DNA of 64,000 nt. Source: Mytilus trossulus (Eukaryota). The translations under genes were made by a program, and so were the position numbers. Position 1 is the stretch's first letter. Every line of letters begins with the position of its first letter. The notes beneath the pieces were generated by a model. That model searched no databases and was not told the DNA's origin. It saw only the letters and a program-made list of their open reading frames with translations. The stretch lies in the NCBI RefSeq assembly GCF_036588685.1, contig NC_086382.1:44578001-44642000 (forward strand), read 5' to 3'. Of the stretch, positions 38,330-52,447 are shown in pieces.

Positions 38330-38725
38330 TCGATGTTTTGACATAATGTAATAGGCATTTGTACATAATGTATATAGGTGTTTGAACATAATGAAATAGG
38401 TATTTGCACATAATGTAATCGGTGATTGAATCTACTGAATTGGGTGTTATGCATAACGTAATAGGTGTTTGCACATACTGAATTGATGTTTGGACAGAAT
38501 GTAATAGGCATTTGCACATACTGGCATAGGTGTAATAGGTATTTGCACAAAACGTAATAAGTGTTTGCCCCCAACGTAAACGATGTTTGCACAAAACGTA
38601 TAAGTTGTTTGCACATAATGTTATAAGAGCTTGCAAATAATGTATTAGCTGTTTTAACATATGGTAAAATGCATTTGTACGTGACGTAATGAATGCTAAC
38701 AGAGTGTAACAATTGTTCAGCAAAA
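38330..38725. repeat. ~22-bp minisatellite (GCACATAATGTAATAGGTGTTT)n
   Basis: Tandem periodicity; the same unit occurs at 35110-35180; explains ORFs 38214..38723 and 38311..38772. Confidence 0.85.
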
Positions 38726-41169
38726 CGCATATGAACTATACGATGATGTTTTTTATGTTTTTCACTGGACATTTAAAGTATAAATACAGCATAGACCCGT
38801 TAGACTATGATATCATGAGGTTTTCATATAAGAAAGATATATCAAAACATAACGCTTAGAATATTCAGAATAGCAATCACATTTGAGACAGGACGCAACT
38901 ATTTACTGACTTACGTAGAGGAAGAATAGACACAACATAGAGAAAATGTGAAAGAATAAAGTTTAGGGATATTGACAGAATCTGTAGTATTTACAACATA
39001 GTTTAATACCCATTGCGCACAACAAAGTGTAGGCATAGTCCCTTGATTTAAAATAGTAAACATGTCCATTAAATCCTTTCGGACTTGAAGAAAATATTCT
39101 TTGTTTAATATGTTGTTTTTTCTCTCTTTCATTGCTGATTCCGATGGCTTGTAACCACTTTTTTTTTAGCGCTAATACAATTGGCCCATAATACTGTAGA
39201 AACATGGGTTTCTTACATCTACATCTACATCTACATGGGTAATCCGTAAAGAGTCGATTGACTCATCACACGAATGTATCAAAATTAAAGTTGTGTCATC
39301 CAAACTGTGCTCTTTTAAAATCATATGTACAGCTGCCAGTGCAGAACGAGTTTAGAAATTCCAATATTATTCAGACATTCATATTGTTCAAATTGGAAGA
39401 CTTCATGCTGATATCTTTATGCAATTTGGTTATTTGAATAGTTCAATTACCTCATTGTTGGTGAATTATACAAATATTTGTTTGATGTTGTTTTTTTGTA
39501 CAGTTGTTTGTCTTTTTGTCCTATTTCTTTTTATCCATGGCGTTGTTTTTTTTACTAATGAGTTTAACTATGCCATACTTAGTTATTACAATAACCAAAT
39601 GACCCTTTCATGAAATCCAGAGATATGAGTTGAAAATATAGAGAAATATGATTGCTTGTTGAAAGAAGTCAATTTACAGGGCTGCAAAACAGATATTATA
39701 AAGTACAAAATAGTTTGTATCAAATCTGAACTTTTTTGTTCCCATGGTAACCAAAAGCAGATCAATTGTAAATTAACTATTTAACTGTTGAGTATAAAAT
39801 TCAAACTCCATTATTTATATGTATCTAATACCTAGAAAACCATGTATTTGATGCTGATTCTGAATTAATTCAGCAATTTCAGACCGGTTGCTAGGGCTTT
39901 TTTTGGTTGCTATTGTCTTTCAGTCACTTAAATTAAAGCTTATATAATTTTTTATCATTTTCAAACAAATCATAAATTTTATTGTCTGTTAAATTACATT
40001 AATATAAAAAAAATAGCAAACATTTTGATAATGAACCAGTATTGTGTTTTGTCATTTATATGAATTTTACCAATTTTTGTTGCCATGGTAACAAAAAATT
40101 TCAAAAACCCAGATATTTTTTTCCTGTTTTTTATTATTCAATGTATCAACTTTAAGATGCAATCTTAGTTTATAATGAACTTGTCTGCTCAATGTCAATT
40201 TTTCTTGATTTAATAAATAATATTTAAGCTATTTTCACAAAATGTCAAAATACAGATTTTTGCACCTTTTTAAATACCATTTTAGCCCGATATCAAAAAA
40301 ATATTTCACAACCTCAACATCAAAATATAAACTTCCAATAATGCCTAATAATATGTTGAAAATTTTTTTCTTCTTGAAATTGTCGTTATCATAAAATTGC
40401 TGCAACCAAAAAGTAGACATTTTCCAATTTTCATGTCTGATTTCATCAGAAATTCCTCAAAAAAATGGCTGCATGTTTCCATAGCAACCGTTCAACAATA
40501 TTTAAAAAAAAAGCTGGAAAACTTTATTTCAATCTTAGCTGCCTATTATATAAAAGAATAAAGCAGTTCTGAGACATGACATGAATCACCCCCTGCCTGG
40601 ATCTTACAAATAGCTGTACTTAAGTGTTTCTTTTTGGTATCTTTCGCTTCTCTTTAATTAACAATTGTATGCTGGAGTAAAGAAACCGGGTTATTCACCA
40701 GATCTTTTCAATTTTATTTCGTAGAAAAGTGAATAACATTATGCATAAGTTAAAGAGACAATTGTAAACATTTTATGGCAGTTATACATATTTATCTCAC
40801 CTCCTATACATTTCTAGGAATATGATTGGTTAAAAGCGTCCACGTTGAGACCGTGTATATTCCATAATAGGTTGATAGGGAGGGGGCTTATTTCAATACA
40901 CGGTTTGTACTGGAGTTACGACTTTGGCACTATGTGATTATTCAAATGTGTTGAATTTTCTGTTTAATGACTTTAATATTGTCCTATCAAGGTTGTTGAT
41001 ATTAAATTGTTATTGTTGACATTAGGTTTTTGTGCAGACCAATGGAAGTAGGTTCTTAAAATTAAACACTTGAACTCCTTAATAGAAAAATAAAAAGATG
41101 TGGGATGATTGCAAATGGGACAACTCTGGTCTAATTTCCACACATAAAGATAGTCGGAAAGATAAACTC

Positions 41170-41307
41170 GTTACAAAGTGTGCTAGTGACCTCATACGAT
41201 ATATACGGATCAGAAAATTCCATATAGTGTTCCAGCTTCACTAACACCCAATATGGAATTTACTGACCCCATATATATCGTATAAGTTCACTAACACACT
41301 ATGTAAC
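41170..41307. repeat. 138-bp imperfect hairpin (small MITE-like)
   Basis: gttaca.agtgtg.tagtga…aattccatat paired with atatggaatt…tcactaacacactatgtaac. Confidence 0.65.
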
Positions 41308-42630
41308 TAATAATATCAGTTTATAAACCAAAAAAAATTAATAGAAATTAATATATTATCTAATATTCGTTTAAGTGTTTATTATTTCAGTCCTTTGTGA
41401 CTATCAAACTACTTTCAGCACCTTTCAGATACAGGATAGATCCACCTTCCTTGTATTGTTTCCTGTAATGAAATTCGTGCATGATTGTTTATTAATATAC
41501 AAATAAAAAGTAATCAAAGGTACCAGGATTATAAAATGCGTTATGTTTAAATAGAAACTACAACAGAACTGATTCGCCAATATCCTATGACTGTTGTCAA
41601 ATTTTGATTTTCTACTCACAAATAGTATAATTGAAATTTCCTTAAGTAAATGGAACTAAAAAAGGTATATCGAACTCCGAGGTAAATAAAAAAAATAAAA
41701 AAATGTGCAGTCTTTAAAAACTGACAAAACTGTGAAGATTCTTTGCTATAGCATTATTTGATACTGTTTAACATTGATTTTACGTTTTTTTTTCTTTTTC
41801 TATACTACCAATAATATAAGGTTAAATGTTGAAAATACTTTTTAATTAAAAAACACTGTTGTTGCCACTGAAACCTATATTTTTTCTGTTTAAATAAGTC
41901 CAGCGTGTGTTTCGTATCTTAAGAACATTGAAAAATAATATGTCGATGAATGACTTCAAGTCTCATAGTTTTCTCGTTTTAATTGTTTATATCAGTGATT
42001 TCGGGGTCTTTCATAGCTGACTATGTTGTATGGGCTTTGCTCATTGTTGAAGACCATAAGATGACTTATAATTTATAATTTCTGTGTCATTTTTGGTCTT
42101 TTGAAAGAGCTGTGATATTGGCAATCATACCACATCAACTTCTTTATATATATTTTTCCACCTGATATAATCAACTATTTATACTCGTACTCCGTTCTTT
42201 TACACATTTCCCCATTAATAAAACAAAGATTTCGGTGGTTATTATTACAATTTTTTATGAATTTGATTTGATGTTAAGTGATTTTCTCAGCTCTTTACAA
42301 TTATGATAATGACAAATAGAAATGTGTTTCTTTGACAGAATGATAAACTGTTAAAATAGAGCCGTCGCTTAGTCACCAATGTAAGTAGTGTAAAGTAAGA
42401 AAGAAAAAAGTAATTACAATACTCTGTATCATGTTTACATTTCTAGTGCTACTTATAATTTTGTATGTGTTTACTGTTAAGTCCTTTTGATAGGTTGAAA
42501 ACTAAGATAAAAAAGTATAATTTAATGAAATCCATTGAGAAATTGCCCATTTGTTACCTATGTTTTATCTGAAACAAAAAATTTCTTTTTTAAATGTATC
42601 TTATGAACGACATTTTTATTAGCAAATGGT

Positions 42631-42855
42631 TTAAGGTTTAAAATCATTTGAGAAATCCATTCCTTTAATTTTAGGTTTTTGTTGATTAGACATAAAAACA
42701 GACCTTGATATATTTTCAGCTTCTTGTACACTTTGAGGCAATGGCATATTTTTAGTTTCTGGAAGGGCAAATGATAGTAAACCAGCACAAATACCAAATG
42801 CACCAAATATTACCAGCGGTAAGGCAACACCAAACTTTGTATCAACCAATACACC
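42631..42855 (-). CDS. SLC22 copy B terminal coding exon
   Basis: LPLVIFG...LPETKNMPLPQS, read through to TAA at 42631. Confidence 0.8.
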   Translation of the reverse strand, partial: GVLVDTKFGVALPLVIFGAFGICAGLLSFALPETKNMPLPQSVQEAENISRSVFMSNQQKPKIKGMDFSNDFKP

Positions 42856-45800
42856 CTACAAATATATAAAATGAATTTACCGGAAATTAACTAATCATAA
42901 TTGATAATTGAAGAACCTGGGAAATGTCACTTAAAAGTATCATTATTTTTTTTTATTTTAGGGTTATTCGTTTTCCTTTTATGCTTCTGACTGTTAAATC
43001 TTACTTTCATTAAAGCATGCTTCTCATGATTATTGATTTTTCATATTTCATAAAAGCAAGAAATTAAATGATTTTTGAAATCCTAATTTGTTTTGATTTG
43101 GTAAAAGTAAAATATATATGTAAACATCTTGTCAAAATTTCTTTCCTCGTTTCGAAAAATGGTCACCATAAAAAAAATGAAATATTCAAAAACACATATT
43201 TACCAAATCACCAACATATGCAGACACCATTGATCCAGCATACCCAGATGAGCTGCAAATTCCAATCGCAAATGATCTGAGGTTAGTTGGGAAATTTTCC
43301 GCTACCATAAGATAAATATTAAAGTATGCCACCGTTATTGTGAGCTTTCCTATCATAGCTAAGGTTATCGTCAACCAGTGAAGGGCTGTAGTAGACAAAT
43401 GAAAATACTATAAAAAACATGTTATTATACTTGCATACAAAGTTTTTGTCCGACGTGGTTTAAATGCATTTAAATATAACATAGATGCAGAGAAAGAAGT
43501 CAATATAAGTGGGAAGGACTTTTAAGTGCATTTAGGTATTACTAGCTATGCTCATTTTAACTAAGAAATGTTGATTAAACAAACCTTGTCATTGTTATTC
43601 CTTCTACATGTCGTATCTACATGAAACTACATTACTATATGCTAATGCATTCGTGGATTAACATTTGAGTTCCATGATGAATGGATATAAGTCATATTTT
43701 ACAAAGCCGAATTGTATAAATTGACTTTGTAAAATTCAGTTTAAAAATTATCAGTCTGAATAGTTGTGTATTTTTCATAGTTTATGAAATTGATTTGGAT
43801 CAATGCTAAACAAGGTATTAATTCCAATGGAACGATAGCAAAGAAATTGCATATATATCTATGATCATATCACCTGATATCATTGATAACTAACAGAGAA
43901 ATATATGATGCATTTCAAGAGCTAATGATGGGAATGGAAAACGACAAAAAAGTATGTTATCTTAGTGTAACAAGCAATTTCAAGTCTCTTACAATTGATG
44001 ATATTAGTGCGACCCAACCTAAATTTTCTACATATTCATCTGCTATTGTTCAATCTATTTTAACTTTTTTTCAGTTCTATTGTTTTATTGAGTGAACACA
44101 ATAGCTATTGTTCTGTGTGTAGTCTATTCACCGGTACCTTTAGATTTATTCGCAAATAAAAGTTTAAATAGATTGAAACTGTGTAAATGTTTCATTTGTT
44201 TCGCCATATTTTTTTCATGCAGTTTGTGCATTTTAAACCGTTCGCTAAAATAAGATAGAAAGCAAATATGAAAAAAAGTCATTGACTCAAAAAAAAAAAC
44301 CACCAACGAATTATGTTATGATACAGAGTCTGGAAGCAAGTATATGTTGGGTCGCTATGAACTGTACCTGATTATAGAAAAAATAATCGTTTGCGTATAG
44401 AAAGTTCCAAAAAGTTCCCCTCCAATTATTGACAGTGAAAACTATACTATTTGTTTCACATCTATTAGCAAATGGAAATGCGAGATGAATTGTACATAAT
44501 ATAATGCATTTGCAATCATCGATGGAAATGTTCACATTGGTTGAACTCCTTTACAAATACGTACGTTATTCGGCATGTTAAGAAAGCTCATATATACTAA
44601 AGTTATGTACTTAAGGGGCTTTTTCAAAAGTCTTTATTACACTTTGATTGTAACGAAAGCATTTAAAAGTGTTCATAATTCTACTTACATGGACCACCGT
44701 ACAAAGATGAAAATATTGTACACAGACAACCGATGCCACAAATTAACATTGAAGAACTAAATATTTTTTTTCTTCCAAGTCTTTCCACCACATAAAGACA
44801 TATGAATAAGGCAATTACTTCAGCTGACGTGGATATTAAATAATTCACATAGACATCTCCACCTAAGTTACCAACTTTCATTGTGATCCCAAAATAAGTC
44901 ATACTTATCGAAAACCTGTAAAACATATTACAATATTATTTAATAGCTCTTTTTTTACCATTACACCATAAAGTGTAGAAATATCACGCAAACGTTTGAT
45001 AAAAGTAAAAGAAAATAACAAAACGAAAAGTTTTAAAAACAAAACATGCATTGTTAAATTCTATTGAATTGTCAGTTTTCAGTGTTGACTTGATAATGCA
45101 TTGGCTATTCCTTAGATTTTCGTTTATTTCATAACTTATTGATGGTGATTTTTAAAGACCTTGACTTGCTTTACAGCCCTTGCACGGTCGGTTTAATGTT
45201 TTCGTGGTTAACAGTAAATATACATGTAATATAGTTATCCAATAAATGTAATTGATGGGAAAAGAAATGCTTACTCCGTTAATTATAAAAGTGAAACTGC
45301 TGCGTCCACAATGTGCCTTCTGTCTAAACAGAAAACTAGAAACGGTTAGAAATTGGTATGCAAATACCGTTGTTCAATCAGTCCATATTTTCTGGCTTTT
45401 TATACAAAAATAAGATATGGTATGATTGCAAATAACTATTCAACAATCGTAATACTTTCAAATATGATTTATATCAATATTGAGAGAAATTGGTTTTTTT
45501 TTATTGCAATTCAATGGTAAATTGCTTTGCTTGGGCATGCTATGAAATGAATATACCGATTAGTATCATGGTCTCATGATTGCCTAGAGTGCATGATATC
45601 GTGTGCTCGATTTCATGTTGTTTCAAATAATATCCTTGACCTTTTAGCTACATCTCCGCTAAATATGCGTCCTTAAGTAGTAAGAAGAGACTGATCAGTT
45701 CAAAGTCATAAGTAAGTGTCTGGGTATGGTAACATGTCCTGCTGCTATATTTTAGCTTGTGACGTTGCATATACGGCTTAGCATGTCGGTCAAATATAGA

Positions 45801-48800
45801 ACTGCGTTCAAAGTCATATCACATTAAGACGCTCTTGTCCTTATATGCACACACTATTTGTCATCGGACGTTACACAACAATTCTGTCTTCCATGCTGCT
45901 ATATCATGACATTTAACAGCTAATACATTGATTGATGTACATGCTGATATGCAAACGTGTTTATGTTATTGTTTCAAAGTACTCACCAATTAAACATAAA
46001 TATAGCCAATCGAATCGTTAGAACTTTTGACTTGAAAAGCTCTCTGACTGCTTTACAAAATGCAACCTTTTCATGTTTTTCATCAACCTTAATTTTCTGA
46101 ATGTCAACGTCAAAACTAGCATTATTTTCTTTTGCTATATCCTTCAGAATCATTTCAGCTCTCGATAATTTCCCCTTCGCTATCAGCCATCGTGCCGACT
46201 CTTTCTGGAATCTGAAATAAAGTATTTCTAAGTATAATGATTTGCATTTCTAAGAGAAAATAGTGTGAGGGTCTAAAAATAACGTGCGCTGTTCATTGGT
46301 ATTTTGTCTGGTTTCTTTACGATATTGTTTGTTAAAACTTTTTCTCGAGTTAAGATAGATCTATATTGTGAATTCTACCTTCATTTAATCAAATTTAATT
46401 AAAACACAAATAAATGCTTTATTTAATTTGACAGAAAGAACAAACGAAAAAAAAATATAGTACTATTCCTTGAATCTTTGTGTTTCCATGGACGAGTAGT
46501 GATTTTGTTTCTTGAAATGTTTTGCCATATCCCTTCTTTTCCATAAACTGTCCAAAGTATTTTTTATTATTCTATTGGATTTAAAATAAACTATTTAGTT
46601 GCTATGATTATACTTGATATATATCTACATACAGTAATGAGGTGAGAAATATCCCAACAACTATTGATGTTGACCAGCCCAGAATACGCCAATCCCTGAT
46701 AAAGTAGGCAAAAATTACCAGCACGTATTCTCCAATGCAGAAGGAGAAATAATAGGCAAAGTTTGCGAAAACTCTTTTAGAGGGATCCACCAATTCAGTA
46801 GCTAGAACGAAAAATATCTCAACATGTGTTTATATGCACACACCTAATTATATCTTAACTATTGTGAACTCATAAATCGTTCTTTTTAAAAAATGGATTA
46901 AATGGGAAAAACAAAAGCTCAAACACTTACATCCATCTATTATTAAAGCATATGAAATCTTACGCATAGAATAAGAATAAGATTATTCATTGAATCCAAT
47001 TAAAGGGCATATACATCTATATACATACAAATAAGGTAAACAAATTACCAGCAGTACTTATGGTTACTATTATTTAATAATGAACGTTATGTTGAATTAT
47101 TGTAAATGACAATCGCAAATTTTGATTTTTGCTAACTCTGACAGCAATGCGTTATAAAAAATAAAATTAGTGTTTTTTTGTTATTTGATTTCTTATTTTA
47201 TTAGTCGTCAAATTTGTTGTCATGGTTTTGTTAGATTAACATTTAGACATACCACCCCTCCCCCAATCACATATACAAACAGCGATATATAATGTCAGCA
47301 TCATACCTAGAATATAACCTGACTGATACACGAGCATGCTGAAATAACCGTTCGCAAATATTAGGAAACTAACAAGTGGAAGAGACGAAACAAAAGACCG
47401 TATCAAATTTGGTAACATCATTCCTATAAGCGCAGTTGTCAATACGGGTCGTCTCCCTAATCTGAATTAGAAAAAAAATATGATTCTGTGTGAATTGGTT
47501 ACCAAGTTGGTTCTTCTAGAAACATATTAACTATCACAATAAAAATCAACAATGTAATTGTGTCTTTAAAAGTTGTTTTTATTGGTAAACATATTGATTT
47601 TGATATCAGTAAATTAAAACCAAATAAAAAAGTATGGTTGTTCGGTGTGAGCCAAGGCTCCGTGTTGAAGGCCGTACATTGACCTATAATGGTTTACTTT
47701 TTTAGATTGTTATTTGGATGGAGAGTTGTCTCATTGTCACTCACACCACATCTTCTTATATCTATTATATACATATGAATATTCCCGATACCTGTAATTT
47801 GGCATTGTACAAGGTCATTTGTCTCGAACTGCTAATGACGTCTTTGCACTAAATTCGTTGGATGTTGGATGTGTACTGTTTGATGTTTTAGTCTTAGATA
47901 CAAAATGTTTTATTATGTATTATATGCTTTCAGTGACTGAGAGTATTCTTGGTCTAGTAAGGGGGACTGTTGTATTGGAAATCAAACGGATTACATCTTC
48001 TCATTTATGATGAGTTTTAATTTCAAGGGCGCATCGACCTGTGACGTCAAGTCCCCAGATTTTCAACTAAATTTCACGATTTTGAATATGACACTCTTGT
48101 GATTACATCTACATTTTACAAGTCGAACTTTATAACTATATTCTCATGTGCGCGGCTGATGAAGAAAAATGAGGCTTGTCATCAGATAGCCCTACGACGC
48201 ATGTAACTATAAGTGCTAACCTTCATAATATTTGCAGCGCTTAAGTTCAGAAGTTTTTATGTTGTTAATGATTTGATTATTGTTAAAAAGACCTTTGATT
48301 TCTTTTTGTCTGTGTTTTCTATTGTTGCCATGTATTTTGTTTTTCTTTACAATTTTTGTGTACTCTATACGACTGCAGATCACGTTTGTGGATACGTACG
48401 TGTCAGAAACCATTCCATATGTGAAGGCACCACAAAATATTCCAATATAATGACAAAGCATCGTGTGACTTCTTACAAATTTGTTGTCGCATACCATATC
48501 AAACTGAAAAATGGTAATGCCTGAATAATTTTTAATGCAAGGACTAACTGTAACTAACAATTTGAATGTAAAATACTAATGTACAAAAAATGTGTTTGTG
48601 TTGTGAACATACTGCTTGGTTTACAATCTTTAGGTTATTGTTTTCATTGACTGTATTTTTAACGTATATATTTGTTTGCTATTCGGCATGTTACGTTTAA
48701 ACCCACTTCTTTTTTGTGCACCAGTCCTAACTCAGGAGCATCTTTCACTGATTGACGTTGGTGTGGTTAATATATAAGTGTTTTTGTTTCAAGTTTTTTT

Positions 48801-50344
48801 TATAAAGACCAGACAGTTGTTTTGAATTGCTTACCACCAGTCAGATTGGGGCCTTAATAGCTTGCTGCTGGATGTGAGTCAAAATTCAGATGTAAGCCAA
48901 TATTCCTTGTTGAAGGCCATACTTTGACCTATGATTGTTTTAGTTTTATACATTGTGAACGGGATGAGGAGATGCCACATTGGCACTACTTACGTCACAT
49001 CGTATTAATAATATAGTTTCTTAATTTAATTTTTTAAGTTTAGGGTGACGATTTTATAGAGGATTAATGGGTTTTTTTCGTAACCCCAATTATTGCATTA
49101 CTTGTATATTTCATATTTATGTCTTTACTCTTGTAGTTAAACATTAAGATTGTCTTTAATAAAATATGTTTACATCAACAATCAGCACGTTCGAATGCTT
49201 GATTTTAGAAAAAAAACAAAATTGAGAAAAATTACATTTAAGAAATATTTTCTAGAAGTAGTTCCATGGATTTCATCAGTATAATCGTCGTTGTTTGGGA
49301 AGTGAGGCTCATAAATTCGAAAATACTTTATATGTGTACATTAAGGATCATTAAGATTGCAGTTTGCTTTTTAACATCCTAAAATCGTAATTGAACGCAA
49401 TACTTACTGTTGAAATAAGTGTAGATGTGTACTGACTTTGATCGTATACCCACTCTTTACAGGCTGTTGTACTACCATTTTGATATACAAAACATTCAGA
49501 AATGTTTGCAGCCATATTTAGAGTACTGTTAAATTGATCCCCCATGGTGTTTGGCATTTGGCATCTGCAATATATAGTGAAAATGCATAAACTTTAACAA
49601 GAAAGATTTTTTCAAATTATCAATATTCAATTCATATTCATCATATAAAATTAAATTCTTCGTTTAGCTTTAAGTCACAGCAGACATATTTCTAAAATGC
49701 TATCCTTTTACATATTAACTCAATATAGAGATAATTAAACAAATATTTCAATTGTATTGACTTAATTTCTGGGTTTTGGGTTTTTTTTCTTTAAAAAATC
49801 TGAAAAATAACGATTGCAGCTTTTATCGACCGCTAAACAAAAAATATTTTTTGTGGCTTTGTACGTTTTTTCGTAACGTGAGATATCGTTTTTTTGGAAG
49901 GGAAGTGTCATGTCTTGAAATGTAATAACTTGTAGATCAGATCGTCAATGTCGATTTATAAAGGAACAAAAAAGAAGCTTATTAATTAAAAACGTTTACA
50001 TGTAACACGACTACCTATTTTTAAAACAAGCATTACATACACCGGACTACCGGCTGTCACTATCATTATTACGTTTGAAATTAATAGCAATCCTTTTTTT
50101 CTGTAGTGTATCTTGTATTGTTATTATCAGAAATTAGTTTTTCTGTGTTTTATCGCGTATTGTTGTCTGTCACTCAGATTGCAATTTGAAAAAAAACTAA
50201 CCTGTGCTTATGATCTCCGAGTATAAATGTCAGCATGTATGACGTCATGGGATCCAAAAATGGAGGAATTATTAACAGAGCCAGCATACGTTTTTGAAAA
50301 CGGCCAAACCCTCCGATTTTCATTAGTAGTTTGTCGTAATTCAT
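42631..50344 (-). CDS. SLC22 family organic cation/anion transporter-like protein (MFS), copy B, intact, ~528 aa
   Basis: Exons (minus) 50344-50202, 49564-49408, 48503-48400, 47461-47307, 46801-46633, 46211-45987, 44915-44689, 43385-43204, 42855-42631; phases consistent, 1587 nt with no internal stop. SLC22 motifs: IGGFGRFQ, HRC...C...C.EWVYD, STFDMVC, SDTLGRRP, TELV, ESARWL, ERLGRK, AENFPTNLRS, LPETK. The terminal exon could instead splice at AG|gtctgt. Confidence 0.92.
43204..43385 (-). CDS. SLC22 copy B coding exon 8
   Basis: LAMIGK...AENFPTNLRS; 182 nt. Confidence 0.9.
44689..44915 (-). CDS. SLC22 copy B coding exon 7
   Basis: FSISMTYFG...VERLGRK; 227 nt. Confidence 0.9.
45987..46211 (-). 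CDS. SLC22 copy B coding exon 6
   Basis: FQKESARWLIAKGK...FMFNW; 225 nt (not in the ORF track). Confidence 0.88.
46633..46801 (-). CDS. SLC22 copy B coding exon 5
   Basis: ATELVDPSKR...IRDWR; 169 nt. Confidence 0.9.
47307..47461 (-). CDS. SLC22 copy B coding exon 4
   Basis: LGRRPVL...GYIL; 155 nt. Confidence 0.9.
48400..48503 (-). CDS. SLC22 copy B coding exon 3
   Basis: FDMVCDNKFVRSH...GMVSDT; 104 nt. Confidence 0.9.
49408..49564 (-). CDS. SLC22 copy B coding exon 2 (large extracellular loop)
   Basis: CQMP...CKEWVYDQSQYTSTLIST; 157 nt. Confidence 0.9.
50202..50344 (-). CDS. SLC22 copy B coding exon 1
   Basis: MNYDKLLMKIGGFGRFQ...; donor gttagt. Confidence 0.9.
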
Positions 50345-50399
50345 CTTGGTCCTGACAAAAAAGTAATATTTCATTAAATGTACAAAAAATCGGTAAACT

Positions 50400-51508
50400 A
50401 TTCAATTTGCAATAGTCGGCCTTGTTATATTACAATAATTTTAAATAAGAAGGCACCAGAGAAGAGTTTTGCAAATGGTCTTTGAGCTGTGAAAAGTTTC
50501 TTCCGATCTGAGAGTAAAGATTTGCAAGTTTTGCTTTAATATGGTAAATAAAATATGACTATCTGTCTAAGAACTCAATGTCCTGCCCCTTTGCAAGAGT
50601 AGAAAGTCATGGTTGGGACGTTTTTTATCCGTTGTTATACTTTCTACAGATTTATTTGCAGTACTGATTTAAGCCTATTCTTTCAAATAAATCAAATGGG
50701 ACATCTATCTGAACATACATTAAATCTGGACATCAACAGTTTATTATGTGTACTGTTAAACTACGTATCGTAAATCATTAGTGTAGAACTGTCCACGGCA
50801 AAGAAAGAAAGTTGTCACACATTTTGTATAACTTTATGATTTTAAGATATTCATAGAATAGTTGTAAGATTGAATGGGTCATGTTTATAAAAAAATATTC
50901 TTGATATATCTGGTTAGCACAAAATGGCTGAATGATACTTTAAAACAGAAGTTATATAACCAAATGTCAACAAAACTGGCGTTCAGATATATGCAATTCG
51001 TCAAAAGGTTTACCATATAGATTATATAACGATAAGTTTGAATTCAAAAACATATTTAGATTTAGAACTGGTAATCAAAAAAAAAAAAAAAAAGATTACC
51101 AATTGAAACTTGAAAATGGATAGGTTTAGATAGAGAAAAGAATATATTGTAATGTATGTCAATCTCAAGAAAAAGGTGATGAATTTCACTTTCTTTTGAA
51201 TTGTAGATCCCTAGACGACTCAAAAAAAATGTTTTCGGATAATTATTATTGTAACAGAGAAAATATATATATTTTTAAATTATTACAAACAACACATAGG
51301 CATAAGTTAAAAATATATGCAAATTTATAAAGGTTACATATTCAGTAGCAGGTATTTCTGGTTAGCCTTTTCTATTTATTTTTTTTTCTGTTATAATAAC
51401 TTCTTGCATAGATATATATTTATATGAAAAGTAATGGTAGCATTCCTATCTCATCATATCATGTGCACAATTATGGTTTAAAAGAATAAAATTGTCTTGT
51501 CTTGTCTT
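50400..51508 (+). mobile_element. 3' fragment of a LINE (C-terminal CCHC region and tail)
   Basis: FRTGN...LPIE...R..C.VC.....GDEFHFLLNC at ~51060-51205; AATAAA followed by (TTGTC)n tail; left boundary approximate. Confidence 0.65.
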
Positions 51509-52447
51509 ATTTTGATATTTCTTCGGAATTGTCGGAATACTAGATACAAATCGTCTTTTATCAAATTAAAATCCTACTTATAACCAATTTTGTTTGAGAA
51601 ATAATAAAGGGTTGTCACGTCTACATTGTGTTGGTAAATACGGCTCCTGTTGAAAATTTTAAAAAATCATACCTGCAAAAAAGGCTTACCGGGGCCTTTT
51701 ATAGCTGACTATGCGGAATGAGCGTTGCTCATTGTTGAAGGCTGTACGGTGACCTGTAGTTGTAAATGTCTGTGTCATCTTGGTATGTTGTGGATAGTTT
51801 TCCCATTGGCAATCATACCACATCTTCTTCTTTATATTAACCATTTTCTGCGCAATGAATTGTTTTTGCATACGCTGTTAACATATAAAACGTCATAAGA
51901 GATTTTTTCATTGGAGAGGTGATGCCAAGAAGGCAATTTTAGGTTAAAAAAAACAATACCATTATAAGGAATGGTAATGTGTGAATTACAGTATATGCGG
52001 AGACTTCGAAGCGAAGAATGTTTTCAAGGTAAGTAAAAGCATCAAATTTTGTTTTGCACGGAATGCTCCGACAAAAAAAAAAATATTTCCAGCAAGCCGA
52101 AGTAGACGCACTTAGTGATCTGTTTTCTTAAACACCCATCATTGAAATGTATTTTGTCGTACGAATATACATATTTCGATCTGACATTCGTTAAAGCATG
52201 TTATAATATCCATAGGGTTCCATAGTAAACCGCTTTCTTCTCTTGACCCCTAAAAGTATCTTTTTATACCTCAATGCACTAATACACCTTTAAATTGAGA
52301 GAATATGCAGTCCAGAATATTGTGGAATCCTAAGTTAATCTGACCAGCGGTTTATGAAAACTGCAGCGAGCAAGTTCAACTTGAATGCCGTGGAGAAAGA
52401 AAATTCAGTTTTTCTCCTCATTATTAATAATAATACACCTTTTATTT

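Noticed and set aside
38214-38772. Longest ORFs in the track (169 aa and 153 aa)
   Set aside because: They translate a 22-bp minisatellite; two overlapping frames, no splice context or domain motif
39230-40620. Possible DNA transposon with repeated catggtaac/catagcaac motifs
   Set aside because: Could not define convincing TIRs or a TSD by eye
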